Shown here piece after piece: positions 44,973 through 54,471 of a DNA stretch of 64,000 nt (the stretch's first letter is position 1; each line of letters starts with the position of its first letter). The position numbers were made by a program, and so were the translations under genes. Below the pieces are notes generated by a model. The model was not told where the DNA came from. It did no database searches and was given only the letters and a program-made list of their open reading frames with translations. Origin of the DNA: Gammaproteobacteria bacterium (GTDB lineage Bacteria > Pseudomonadota > Gammaproteobacteria > BMS3Bbin11); contig JAADJE010000031.1 in NCBI GenBank assembly GCA_013150915.1, positions 11,139-75,138 of the forward strand. The letters run 5' to 3'.

Positions 44973-45101
44973 TCTCGAGGTTTTTTCCTTGATTTTTGAG
45001 GTTTCTTTGAATTAATCAGAGGATTCCTGGAATATAGATATATTGCAATTCCCGATGTCAATGAATAGAGTCCTTCATATGTATCAGGAGGCATGTCAGG
45101 G

Positions 45102-45887
45102 TTACTGACCGGTATAGCGAAAGGAGCGGAATGACTGTCCCAGGCTAATGTCGGTTCGCAGTGCCAGCAGATTTTTAATCAGGCTTGCTGACTCGCGATG
45201 TTCTGTTAATGACTTGCCGGTACGGCCGCCGATCTCATCTGCTGCAGCGATTATTTCCTCCAGATCTGAATAGGAATCAAGCAGGCGTGCTGCTGTCTTC
45301 GAACCGATACCGGGTACACCCGGCAGAGAATGCGATTTATCACCGACCATTGCCAGATAATCGTTCAACTGGCTAGTTTTAACCGAAAAACGCTGCTGGA
45401 TAGTCTCTGCTGTGATTGCTTCCTGTTTGAAGTGATTATATTGCCTGATACCTGGTCGTAATAATTGTGCCTGCCCCATGTCAGTCGATAATACAGTAAC
45501 TTCTGCACCCTGTGCGGCGGCCTTTATTGCGGCGCTGGAGATGATGTCATCGGCTTCCATCCCAGCAATATTCAATGTGAAAACACCGTTATCCTGAATC
45601 TCCCGTTTAAGCCGGGAAAAAATTTCAACCAGTTCCTCTGGCATAACAGGGCGATCTTTTTTGTAATCAGGGAAGACTTCATGCCGCCATGTCGAGCCGT
45701 CACATTCGAAGGCACATAAGGTATGTGTCGGTGTATGTTGTTTTAGGGCACGGGAAAGAGATTGTAGTGATGATGTGATGGTCTGTTCGATGATCTGGCT
45801 TTGTTTGTCTGGGGGAATGGCCGCATGAATGCGCCGGATAAGGTTCGGGGCATCAATCAGTAAAAAACGGACACCCGTGAGTTGCAT
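45102..45887 (-). CDS. xni: flap endonuclease Xni (ExoIX, 5'-3' exonuclease family)
   Basis: 262 aa from MQLTGVRFLLIDAPNLIRRIHA…; collinear with E. coli Xni including GMEADD metal site and H3TH/GVPGIGSKTA motif. Confidence 0.85.
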   Translation of the reverse strand: MQLTGVRFLLIDAPNLIRRIHAAIPPDKQSQIIEQTITSSLQSLSRALKQHTPTHTLCAFECDGSTWRHEVFPDYKKDRPVMPEELVEIFSRLKREIQDNGVFTLNIAGMEADDIISSAAIKAAAQGAEVTVLSTDMGQAQLLRPGIRQYNHFKQEAITAETIQQRFSVKTSQLNDYLAMVGDKSHSLPGVPGIGSKTAARLLDSYSDLEEIIAAADEIGGRTGKSLTEHRESASLIKNLLALRTDISLGQSFRSFRYTGQ

Positions 45888-45888
45888 C

Positions 45889-47367
45889 TCAGAAGCTGGC
45901 CAACTGCTGTTCAGTCGGTTCAGCACAACAGTACCAGGATTCCGAGTGCGTGGGGATGCTGTTCCCAGAATGATCTTCGGTGACATCCAGAGCATTTCTG
46001 CCAGTAGCTTTTAATGCGATACGACGTATCCCATTAAAAATCTGTAGCCTGCTAAGACCATCATTTTCAGCTTTTTCAGTCCAGTGTCGTATGTTTTCCT
46101 GCAACAGATCCAACTGGGGGTCTTTGTGTACCCAGGTATAACCCAGTGATGCAGGGTTGAAGTCGGTAACGCAGGTTTCTTCTTTTGGTAACTCGAGTAG
46201 ACGGGAGCCGTTGGGTATTAACAGGCGCAAGGAGAGTTGTACAGGATTGACACTCATGATTAATTTCAGTTCTGCGATCCTGTTCAGTAGATTGATATAG
46301 TTATCGATAGTTGTCCAGGGTGTAAAAGGAATGAAGGTCGGTGCCAGTGCGATGTTGTGTTTATTCATCATAGTGACGACCATCTCAAACTCTGCGGCAG
46401 TATGTCCTTTGTCAAGACGCTCAAGGATTCTGTTCTCAACCGATTCCACCGCGGTGGTCACCAGAATGCAGCCGCTGTCTCTCAGGAAGGGGAGAAATTC
46501 TGGATACTTGATAATGTGCTCAATTTTAATGACTGCATCGTAGCTAAGTGCAGGAAATTCCTCATGCATGGCCTCGATAATGCGTCGGGCATGTCGTGGC
46601 CCGTTAAGGAAGTCTGGGTCACCGAATGATATATGCTGTGCACCCTTTGCTACCTGTTGGCGTATATCTTCGAGGACAATATCGGCCGGTACTACATAAA
46701 AATGGCCTCTGTACACAGGGACCACCGGGCAGTGCCGGCAAAGGTGTTTGCAGCCGCGGGTCGTATCGGTAAAGCCCATGATACGTCTGGATCCGTCCGG
46801 TAGCACCAGTTGGGCATACTTTTCCAAAGCAGGTAGTGATTGGCGGTCAGGGACTAAAAATTTAATCCGACTCAGATTGATGACTGTTTCTGTGCGTGCG
46901 GGATGATCATCTTCATCGGTAATGGAGGCCGTGTAGGCTAGCATATCGTCTTCGGATTCACCGCCAAATACTGCATCGACACCCCGGTCTCTCAGGAACT
47001 GTTCATTGACCGGTGCATACCAGCCAAAGACCGCTATTCTTGCTTGTGGTGCCATTTTCTTTATGCGCGGCATGGCCTCGATAGCGATACGTGTGGCGGT
47101 GAGCATGCTCAGGTATAAAAAGACCGTCGTTGCAGGAGCCAGCACCTCAGTTGTTAGCTTTTGTTGCGATAGATCCAGACATTTCACCTCGTAACCCGCC
47201 TGGCTGAACAGCGCGGCAGGTTCTGCCAGAGCAAAAGGTTGTCGGCCGAGGTCGTATGGACTGATCAGTACGATTCTTTGTTTATCAGACAGGTTCTGTG
47301 CTGAATCCTGTTTATCCGTTGTCTCTATCAAACAGGTCGTGCTGCAAGTATTTTTCATGGTTGTCAT
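45889..47367 (-). CDS. B12-binding-domain radical SAM protein with C-terminal CCAEP tail (CUAEP/CCAEP-tail rSAM family)
   Basis: 492 aa; N-terminal cobalamin-binding-like domain, radical SAM CxxxCxxC (TRGCKHLCRHCPV), C-terminus …SESWYCCAEPTEQQLASF. Confidence 0.8.
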   Translation of the reverse strand: MTTMKNTCSTTCLIETTDKQDSAQNLSDKQRIVLISPYDLGRQPFALAEPAALFSQAGYEVKCLDLSQQKLTTEVLAPATTVFLYLSMLTATRIAIEAMPRIKKMAPQARIAVFGWYAPVNEQFLRDRGVDAVFGGESEDDMLAYTASITDEDDHPARTETVINLSRIKFLVPDRQSLPALEKYAQLVLPDGSRRIMGFTDTTRGCKHLCRHCPVVPVYRGHFYVVPADIVLEDIRQQVAKGAQHISFGDPDFLNGPRHARRIIEAMHEEFPALSYDAVIKIEHIIKYPEFLPFLRDSGCILVTTAVESVENRILERLDKGHTAAEFEMVVTMMNKHNIALAPTFIPFTPWTTIDNYINLLNRIAELKLIMSVNPVQLSLRLLIPNGSRLLELPKEETCVTDFNPASLGYTWVHKDPQLDLLQENIRHWTEKAENDGLSRLQIFNGIRRIALKATGRNALDVTEDHSGNSIPTHSESWYCCAEPTEQQLASF

Positions 47368-47384
47368 GGTTTACTGTCTTATCC

Positions 47385-48158
47385 TTAACTACGTATCCCA
47401 ATGCCTTTTTTAAGTAAATAAAGTAAGGCGGCTGTTAGTACGGTAATAAAGCCGAAAATGATAATAAATGCAATGCCAATATTGAGGTCGGATTGACCCA
47501 GCACACCATAACGAAAGGCATTTACCATATACAGGATTGGATTGCTCAGGGAAACCTTCTGCCAGAAAACAGGTAACAGCTTGATGGAATAAAAGACACC
47601 GCCGAGATAGGTAAGCGGAGTGAGTACAAAGGTGGGAACGATTGTAATATCGTCAAAATTCTGTGCGAAAACGGCATTGATCATACCGGCAAGTGAAAAC
47701 AGAATGGCGGTCATCACAATCACAGTAACAGTGATTAGATAATTATCAATAGACAGGCCCGTGAAGAGTAGCGCGATGATCGTTACGATAGCCCCCACTA
47801 TCAGGCCACGTGCCACACCGCCGGTAACAAAACCGGCAAGGATAATAAAATTGGGGACAGGAGCGATCAGTATTTCTTCAATTGATCGCTGGAATTTCAT
47901 GCTGAAGAAGGACGATACAACATTGGCATAGGAACTGGTGATAACCGACATCATTATCAGACCGGGAACGATAAATTCCATATAGCTGAAACCATCCATG
48001 GTACCAATGCGCTTGCCAATAAGATTTCCGAAAATAATGAAGTACAGCGTCATGGTAATTGCGGGTGGCAGGATGGTTTGTGGCCAGATACGCATAAATC
48101 GCGTGATTTCGCGGTTGACGATGGTTTTATAGGCGGTGAAGTGGACGGTGTTGCTCAT
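47385..48158 (-). CDS. yadH: ABC-2 type transporter permease YadH
   Basis: 257 aa; collinear with E. coli YadH over full length (…EITRFMRIWPQTILPPAITMTLYFIIFGNLIG…); no cognate ATPase gene upstream. Confidence 0.9.
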   Translation of the reverse strand: MSNTVHFTAYKTIVNREITRFMRIWPQTILPPAITMTLYFIIFGNLIGKRIGTMDGFSYMEFIVPGLIMMSVITSSYANVVSSFFSMKFQRSIEEILIAPVPNFIILAGFVTGGVARGLIVGAIVTIIALLFTGLSIDNYLITVTVIVMTAILFSLAGMINAVFAQNFDDITIVPTFVLTPLTYLGGVFYSIKLLPVFWQKVSLSNPILYMVNAFRYGVLGQSDLNIGIAFIIIFGFITVLTAALLYLLKKGIGIRS

Positions 48159-48299
48159 ATCATATTCTAACTTATTTGGTAGTTATTAATTTAAGGAAGC
48201 TCTGATCATTCAGCTTTTTTTAAAAATTATCATTTTGATTTTTGTGAAAATACTCAATCCTGTTCAGACGTGACGATTTTTCATCGTTATTCATCAAAT

Positions 48300-48475
48300 T
48301 CCATACCAAAGTACCACGGGTTTCCTTTACGTGTCTTGTCCTTGTTTTTGGCCGAACTCGGTGCATTGATGATCGTTGTATCAACAAGGGTGCCACGGGC
48401 AACCTTCATACCGTTCTCGGCAAGATAGACGTGTTAGAGACGAACTCTATCAAGTACACTTCTGTCGGGGAAAAT
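48300..48475 (-). mobile_element. IS5-family transposase pseudogene fragment (central ~60 codons)
   Basis: Minus-strand translation …[57 protein letters not shown] matches IS5 InsH residues ~120-195 (…[35 protein letters not shown]…KKGNQWHFGMKAHIGVD), truncated at both ends; lies where the yadG ATPase gene would be expected. Confidence 0.65.
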
Positions 48476-48623
48476 AAAGTTTATGTAACTTCGCGCCCCT
48501 GTCCCTATAATTGAGCCCAGCGCTATTGGTATGTGTGGGGGCTTACAGCAGCGTTATACGGCGCCCTTAAGCGGGATTAAAACAGAGATAAACAATGTGA
48601 CAATAAGTAATATTCGTTCCGCG

Positions 48624-49727
48624 ATGAGTACACCACTGGCATCAATATTTGGCAGTGGGTTTCTTGTGGTTGTGCCTATCCTGGCCAGCGCAGTTGGTCC
48701 CTATGCTGTGTTCGCCATGGCAGTGGTTGCGATTGTCGCCTTTCTGGTCGGTGGCATTGTCCGACACAATATACTTTGTGCCGAACCTGTACTGGCAAAG
48801 GGGAACAAGTCATTTACTGTAATCGTTGAAAGGCTCTCAGACCTTGCGCTAGTGGGAGCCTACGTGGTTTCGGTCTGCCTTTATATTCACATCCTTTCTA
48901 CTTTTGTCCTCGCTAATTTCGATCTGGATACTGATCGCAATAAAAGCATACTGACCAGCATAATAATAGGCGTTATCACGATTATCGGCCTGTTTGGAGG
49001 GCTAAAGCCACTTGAAAAACTGGAACGATGGGCACTTTATGTGACTATACTGATTCTTGCAGTATTGCTCATTATGTTCGGTATCTATGATGCCAATCAG
49101 TTTCTGGCACAGCGCCAGTTTACTTTTCCTGAAATACCGGAACGTACCGCATGGGAAATTGCAACTATCGTGGCCGGTACGCTCATTGTTGTACAGGGGT
49201 TTGAAACAACACGTTATCTGGGCAAATACTTTGACTCAGCTACGCGTATTCGTGCTTCTCGTTGGTCTCAATATTTTTCACTCAGTGTTTATGTGTTGTT
49301 TGTTGCCCTAGCATTACCCATTGTCCCGGCACTAAACGGAAATTATGCTGACAACAGTCTGATCAAACTGGCTGCGACGGCTTCATTACTTTTACCAATA
49401 CCTCTGATTGTCGCCGCCAGCATGTCGCAATTTTCCGCCGCAGTTGCGGATACCCTGGCAGCGGCTGCCAACATACAGGAAGCAAGCCATCAACGTGTTG
49501 GTACACGCTGGGGATATTTGTTTGTTGGTGTAAGCGCAATGCTGTTGGCCTGGACCAGTTCAACCTTTGAGATTATTGCGCTGGCATCGCGCGCTTTCGC
49601 ATTTTACTACTTGCTACAGTGCCTGGTGGCATTCTCAGTTTGCCGCAACCATCTTGAACGTGCCCGTTTTGTCTTTATTGCGATTATCCTTAGCTTTGTC
49701 CTTATCTTTGCCGTGCCAGCAGGCTGA
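48624..49727 (+). CDS. hypothetical polytopic membrane protein (~10-11 TM helices)
   Basis: Long hydrophobic ORF; start set at MSTPLASIFGSGF… (ORF track starts 31 codons earlier); no recognised family. Confidence 0.5.
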   Translation: MSTPLASIFGSGFLVVVPILASAVGPYAVFAMAVVAIVAFLVGGIVRHNILCAEPVLAKGNKSFTVIVERLSDLALVGAYVVSVCLYIHILSTFVLANFDLDTDRNKSILTSIIIGVITIIGLFGGLKPLEKLERWALYVTILILAVLLIMFGIYDANQFLAQRQFTFPEIPERTAWEIATIVAGTLIVVQGFETTRYLGKYFDSATRIRASRWSQYFSLSVYVLFVALALPIVPALNGNYADNSLIKLAATASLLLPIPLIVAASMSQFSAAVADTLAAAANIQEASHQRVGTRWGYLFVGVSAMLLAWTSSTFEIIALASRAFAFYYLLQCLVAFSVCRNHLERARFVFIAIILSFVLIFAVPAG

Positions 49728-49863
49728 ATTACAAGCAGGCAATACATTGTGGCATCGGGGCAACGACTTAACAATGTAGACAGGAAACGCAGTGAAAGCT
49801 GAAAAACTTGACCTGTGTGTTACACATATGTTCTACACTTCTGTTTAAGTAAATTATAGGAGA

Positions 49864-50166
49864 GTGGGCATGGTAAATGATCCGGTCTGTGGGATGACAA
49901 TAGAAGTGAGTAATGCGGCGGCGCAGGAAAGGTACCAGGGCACAACCTGGTATTTTTGCTCTGACAGCTGTCACAGTAAATTTCTGGTGGATCCTGCCAG
50001 GTATGCGCAACATGAGACGATGACTGATCCGGTGTGCTACATGGAGGTATCTCTGGATTCGGGTTATCATGCGGAATACGAGGGGAAGACTTATTACTTT
50101 TGCTGTGAGTCTTGTCTCGGTAAGTTCATGAAGGATCCTACGCAATACGGGCGGGCAGATGCATAA
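49864..50166 (+). CDS. tandem YHS-domain (TRASH-like) metal-binding protein
   Basis: Two repeats of DPVCxM…(Y/W)YFCS(D/E)SC(H/L)xKF…DP…Y in 100 aa. Confidence 0.7.
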   Translation: MGMVNDPVCGMTIEVSNAAAQERYQGTTWYFCSDSCHSKFLVDPARYAQHETMTDPVCYMEVSLDSGYHAEYEGKTYYFCCESCLGKFMKDPTQYGRADA

Positions 50167-50288
50167 CGTGGAACTACTGTGACAGGGTTTTCTGTTTCAG
50201 GCCCACAATACCAGCGTGAAATACTGCATCACTGCATTTAATATATTGCTGCCTCTGACGATTCCTGCTAGTTTCCCCCCGTATATGA

Positions 50289-50318
50289 TCGGTATCGGTA
50301 TCGGTTCGGTATGCGTAT
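50289..50318. repeat. short imperfect hexamer microsatellite (CGGTAT)n
   Basis: cggtatcggtatcggttcggtatgcgtatg in the gnd upstream region. Confidence 0.3.
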
Positions 50319-50587
50319 GACTTTGTTACCCGGCATGTGCGGCGTCTGCCGACGGCAGCAGGACTTCCCGGTCTAAAATAATACTCATCATACGGTAAAC
50401 CGGATGTTGGACACACACTCGGATAATGACAAGCCTTGCCGCATGGGTACGTGATACAAATCTGTGAATCAGTTACGATGAAACCTCCTGGCTTGACTGC
50501 CTGGAATTATTGGTAATGATCTGCCCGAATACCAGGGTGGTTAGTTCTAAGACTGTCATTTAGGATACGGAAAAGGGAGAATTGGTG

Positions 50588-51610
50588 ATGCAGCTTGGTA
50601 TGGTCGGTTTGGGACGGATGGGGGCGGCGATGGTTCGCCGCCTAATGCGTGCGGGTCATGAGTGTGTCGTATTCGACCGTAATCCAGAGGCCGTCAGAGA
50701 ACTGGAGGTGGAAGGGGCAAGCGGAGCGGCTGATCTGTCCGATCTCGTGGCCAGAATGGATAAACCCAGTGCCATCTGGATCATGGTGCCTGCAGCCGTG
50801 GTGAACAGTGTCATCAAGGCACTGGGTAAAGAAGTGGCGGCAGGCGATATCCTCATTGATGGCGGAAATTCTTACTATAAAGATGATATTACCCGTGCGG
50901 CACAGCTCAAATCTAGCGGTATTCACTATCTAGATGTCGGCACTAGTGGTGGTGTACTCGGCCTGGAGCGTGGCTACTGCCTGATGATAGGGGGGGAGAC
51001 TGAACCCGTGCAACATCTTACACCGGTATTTTCAGCACTGGCGCCTGGTCTGGGAAAGGTACCGCGTACCCTGGATCATCAGGGTGATCCGACACCGGCC
51101 GAGCAGGGCTACCTGCACTGTGGCACATGTGGTGCGGGACATTTTGTCAAGATGGTTCATAACGGTATCGAATATGCGTTGATGGCTGCTTATGGAGAGG
51201 GTTTCAATATTCTGCAACACGCCAACGTCGGGAAGCACGACACAGATATCGATGCCGAAACTACACCGTTACGTGATCCGCATGCCTTTCGGTATGACAT
51301 TGATATTGGTGCTGTCGCTGAAGTATGGCGGCGTGGCAGCGTTATTTCCTCCTGGTTACTGGACCTTAGTGCGGCTGCATTGCATGATGATCCAAATCTG
51401 GACAATTATCAGGGGCAGGTTTCTGATTCCGGTGAGGGACGCTGGACCAGTATAGCGGCCATTGAATCCGGGGCACCGGCACCGGTACTCAGTACGGCGC
51501 TGTATGAACGCTTTACTTCGCGTGGTGAAAGTGATTTCTCCAACAAGCTGTTGTCTGCCATGCGCTACGGATTTGGTGGTCACCTGGAAAAGAAGAAAGA
51601 ACACTCCTGA
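50588..51610 (+). CDS. gnd: 6-phosphogluconate dehydrogenase (decarboxylating), short Gnd/YqeC-like form
   Basis: N-terminal Rossmann MVGLGRMG; 6PGDH C-terminal helical domain; AAGGGAG RBS ~10 nt before ATG 50588; adjacent to zwf. Confidence 0.8.
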   Translation: MQLGMVGLGRMGAAMVRRLMRAGHECVVFDRNPEAVRELEVEGASGAADLSDLVARMDKPSAIWIMVPAAVVNSVIKALGKEVAAGDILIDGGNSYYKDDITRAAQLKSSGIHYLDVGTSGGVLGLERGYCLMIGGETEPVQHLTPVFSALAPGLGKVPRTLDHQGDPTPAEQGYLHCGTCGAGHFVKMVHNGIEYALMAAYGEGFNILQHANVGKHDTDIDAETTPLRDPHAFRYDIDIGAVAEVWRRGSVISSWLLDLSAAALHDDPNLDNYQGQVSDSGEGRWTSIAAIESGAPAPVLSTALYERFTSRGESDFSNKLLSAMRYGFGGHLEKKKEHS

Positions 51611-51622
51611 GAAAAATGCACT

Positions 51623-53185
51623 GTGCCACATACCAAGATAAAGACTGAAACGCTTCCAGCACCCTCCTGCATTATGGTCATTTTTGGTGCTGCCGGAGAT
51701 CTGGCCAAACGCAAGCTGTTTCCCGCACTTTACTATTTGTCTGCGCTGAACCAGCTGCCGGAACATTTTGCAATATTGGGTGTCAGCCGAGAAGACTTCA
51801 GTACTGAAAGTTACCGTGAGCTGATGAATACTGAAAGTCGCGTACACCTCGACGCTGATTATTCAGAGGATGTCTGGAAACGCCTGATCAAATGCTCTTA
51901 CTACCTGCAGGGTGACTTTCGTGATCCGGCAGCGTACCAGGCGCTGGCAGAGAAACTGTGTAAGCTGGACGATCAACACAAAATACCGGGTAATTACCTC
52001 TTTTATATGGCAACACCACCAGCTTTCTTCGGTGATATCGCCGAGCAAATTGCTGCAGCGGGCCTGACAACCGAGCAAGATGGTCATTGGCGTCGTCTGG
52101 TTATCGAAAAACCATTTGGACGCGATCTACAATCTGCCCGCGATCTTAATCGCAGGTTATTAAACGTATTTGATGAACACCAGTTGTATCGAATTGACCA
52201 TTATCTCGGCAAGGAGACCGTACAGAATTTCCTTGCTTTTCGTTTTGCCAACGGCGTCATCGAACCCATCTGGAATCGCCGTTATATCGATCATGTACAA
52301 ATCACTGTGGCCGAGCCTCTGGGTGTTGAAAACCGCGCAAGTTATTACGAAGGCACTGGTGCACTACGGGATATGGTTCCCAATCATTTACTGGCGGTAC
52401 TTGCGATTATCGCCATGGAACCACCGATATCATTCAATGCCGATGAAATCCGCGATGAACAGGCTAAGGTATTACGTGCTATTCAGCCTCTGACACCAGA
52501 AGAAGTCCTTATCCATACAGTGCGAGGCCAGTACGGATCGGGTGTTATGGGTGATGGAACTCACGTAGCGGCTTATCGTCAGGAAGCGGGTGTTGCAAAG
52601 GATTCACAGACTGAAACATTTGTCGCTCTGAGCCTCATGATAGACAGTTGGCGTTGGGCCGGTGTACCTTTTTATCTGCGTACGGGAAAGCGTTTACCTG
52701 GGCGTTTCACTGAGATTATGATCCAGTACAAGCACGCACCGAATGCTGCTTTTAAACGCTCGATTCTAAAGGAAAAACGTGTAGAACCTAATGTTATGGT
52801 ACTGCGCATACAACCCAGCGAAGGAATCAGCCTGGGGATCAATGCCAAGGTACCCGGCCAGGCATTACAGTTGAGCCCAGTGGAAATGAACTTCAGCTAT
52901 GACGATTATTTTGGTAATGAACCCAGCACGGGGTACGAAACATTGATTTATGACTGCATGCAGGGTGACCCCACATTGTTTAAACGTGCAGACATTATCG
53001 AAATAGCCTGGCAGTTAATGGAGCCAATACTCGATATTTGGAGTGCGCTACCACCGCGTGACTTTCCGAACTACGCCGCCGGGGAATGGGGGCCCTCTGA
53101 GGCTGATGATCTGCTCCAGCGTGATGGCCGCTCATGGCGCATATGTACACCGGGCGGATGTGTCCGTAGAACGAACAACGAATAG
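51623..53185 (+). CDS. zwf: glucose-6-phosphate 1-dehydrogenase
   Basis: 520 aa; NADP-binding GAAGDLAKRK, catalytic RIDHYLGKE motif. Confidence 0.92.
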   Translation: MPHTKIKTETLPAPSCIMVIFGAAGDLAKRKLFPALYYLSALNQLPEHFAILGVSREDFSTESYRELMNTESRVHLDADYSEDVWKRLIKCSYYLQGDFRDPAAYQALAEKLCKLDDQHKIPGNYLFYMATPPAFFGDIAEQIAAAGLTTEQDGHWRRLVIEKPFGRDLQSARDLNRRLLNVFDEHQLYRIDHYLGKETVQNFLAFRFANGVIEPIWNRRYIDHVQITVAEPLGVENRASYYEGTGALRDMVPNHLLAVLAIIAMEPPISFNADEIRDEQAKVLRAIQPLTPEEVLIHTVRGQYGSGVMGDGTHVAAYRQEAGVAKDSQTETFVALSLMIDSWRWAGVPFYLRTGKRLPGRFTEIMIQYKHAPNAAFKRSILKEKRVEPNVMVLRIQPSEGISLGINAKVPGQALQLSPVEMNFSYDDYFGNEPSTGYETLIYDCMQGDPTLFKRADIIEIAWQLMEPILDIWSALPPRDFPNYAAGEWGPSEADDLLQRDGRSWRICTPGGCVRRTNNE

Positions 53186-53235
53186 ACCGATTTTTGGGAC
53201 TCATTGACCCGTAATGGGTCAGAAAACAGACCTCA

Positions 53236-54228
53236 TCATTTTTTACTTAAACGGTAGGCCAGTTGCCGTGCGCCCAGTAGCCCCGCCTGCTGATTCAGAA
53301 TAAGTTTTACAGGAATCTTTTTAAGTAATTTTTGCATGGGACTCTTATTGCTGAAAGCCGTCAAAAATGCGGGTGACTGCATGAACGATACATTTTTTGC
53401 CGCGATCCCACCGCCAATATACAGGCCATCATACGGCAGGGTAGTCAGAGCCAGATTTCCGGCTTGTGAACCATATATTGTTGTAAAAAGAGTCATCGCC
53501 TGGGCCGCCAGAGACTGATTATCTTTTTGAGCGGCACGACTAATAGCTACTGGATTGCTGGTTGTCAATTTGCTGTTTAACTCAGGGTCAACCAGCTCCG
53601 GATGCTGTTGTTCGAGGAAATGATAAATATTAACGATCCCCTGACCTGAAAGAACCTTTTCACAGGAGATGCGCGGGTGTTCTTTGCGCAGGTAGCTGGC
53701 AAGCTTAAATTCAATATCAAGGACAGGGGCGTAATCCGCATGCCCGCCTTCCATCCCGTACACCTCATACCGGTTTTGCTGGTAAACCAGCAGCGCTTCC
53801 CCCAGGCCCGTACCGGCACCAATTATGGCCCTGCGGGTACCGGCCTGTGCCTGTCCTTCCTGCAGAACCAGGATGTCATCCTTGTTGAGTACTTCGATGC
53901 CATAACCAATAGCCTTGAAGTCATTAATAATTTTTACGACAGGAATATCGAATTGTGCTGCCAGCTCGAGGTTATTGATTTGCCAGGGGAGGTTGGTTAC
54001 CTGTACAGATTGTTTCTCATCTTCAGTTGCAACGGGACCCGCGACAGCAAGACAGGCGATTTGGGGTTTGGGCTGCCCCTGGAGAAAAACATCCAGTGCC
54101 TGATCGAAGGATTTATATTCCCCGCTTATCAGGCGTTGCTGGTAGATAATATTTAATTGGTGATTGCCGATGTCACAAAGCTGTAACAGGGTCTTTGTGC
54201 CGCCAATATCGGCCGAGAGAATAACCAA
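53236..54228 (-). CDS. glk: glucokinase
   Basis: 330 aa ROK-less Glk family: ADIGGTKTLLQL phosphate-1 motif, overall collinearity with E. coli Glk. Confidence 0.85.
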   Translation of the reverse strand: MVILSADIGGTKTLLQLCDIGNHQLNIIYQQRLISGEYKSFDQALDVFLQGQPKPQIACLAVAGPVATEDEKQSVQVTNLPWQINNLELAAQFDIPVVKIINDFKAIGYGIEVLNKDDILVLQEGQAQAGTRRAIIGAGTGLGEALLVYQQNRYEVYGMEGGHADYAPVLDIEFKLASYLRKEHPRISCEKVLSGQGIVNIYHFLEQQHPELVDPELNSKLTTSNPVAISRAAQKDNQSLAAQAMTLFTTIYGSQAGNLALTTLPYDGLYIGGGIAAKNVSFMQSPAFLTAFSNKSPMQKLLKKIPVKLILNQQAGLLGARQLAYRLSKK

Positions 54229-54471
54229 AACAGTGTACCTCTTGCTGCACTTTCATCCAGAAACCAGAAAAGCCCCCCGCTAGGGATTATACCCTGTATA
54301 AGGATGTTTTCCTGATACATTTGATGTAAATATCTCGGTCAAAACAGGGTTCTTTCTCTTTCCTGTAGCAAGGATCAGCACATTTCTGGCGTTGTTTTTA
54401 GAAGTAATGCAGCAGTCCTTTAACTTTCCAGGTTGATGAGTTGTTCAGGTAGTCGGTACGGGTACAGGCCT

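Noticed and set aside
45888-45995. 36-codon N-terminal extension of xni
   Set aside because: The extension runs into the 3' end of the rSAM gene and is not present in Xni homologues. Met37 reproduces the conserved MxxHLLIVDALNLIRRIH start.
50174-50416. 80-aa minus-strand ORF upstream of gnd
   Set aside because: Arg-rich, composition-driven translation through a spacer that contains a microsatellite. No start context or homology.
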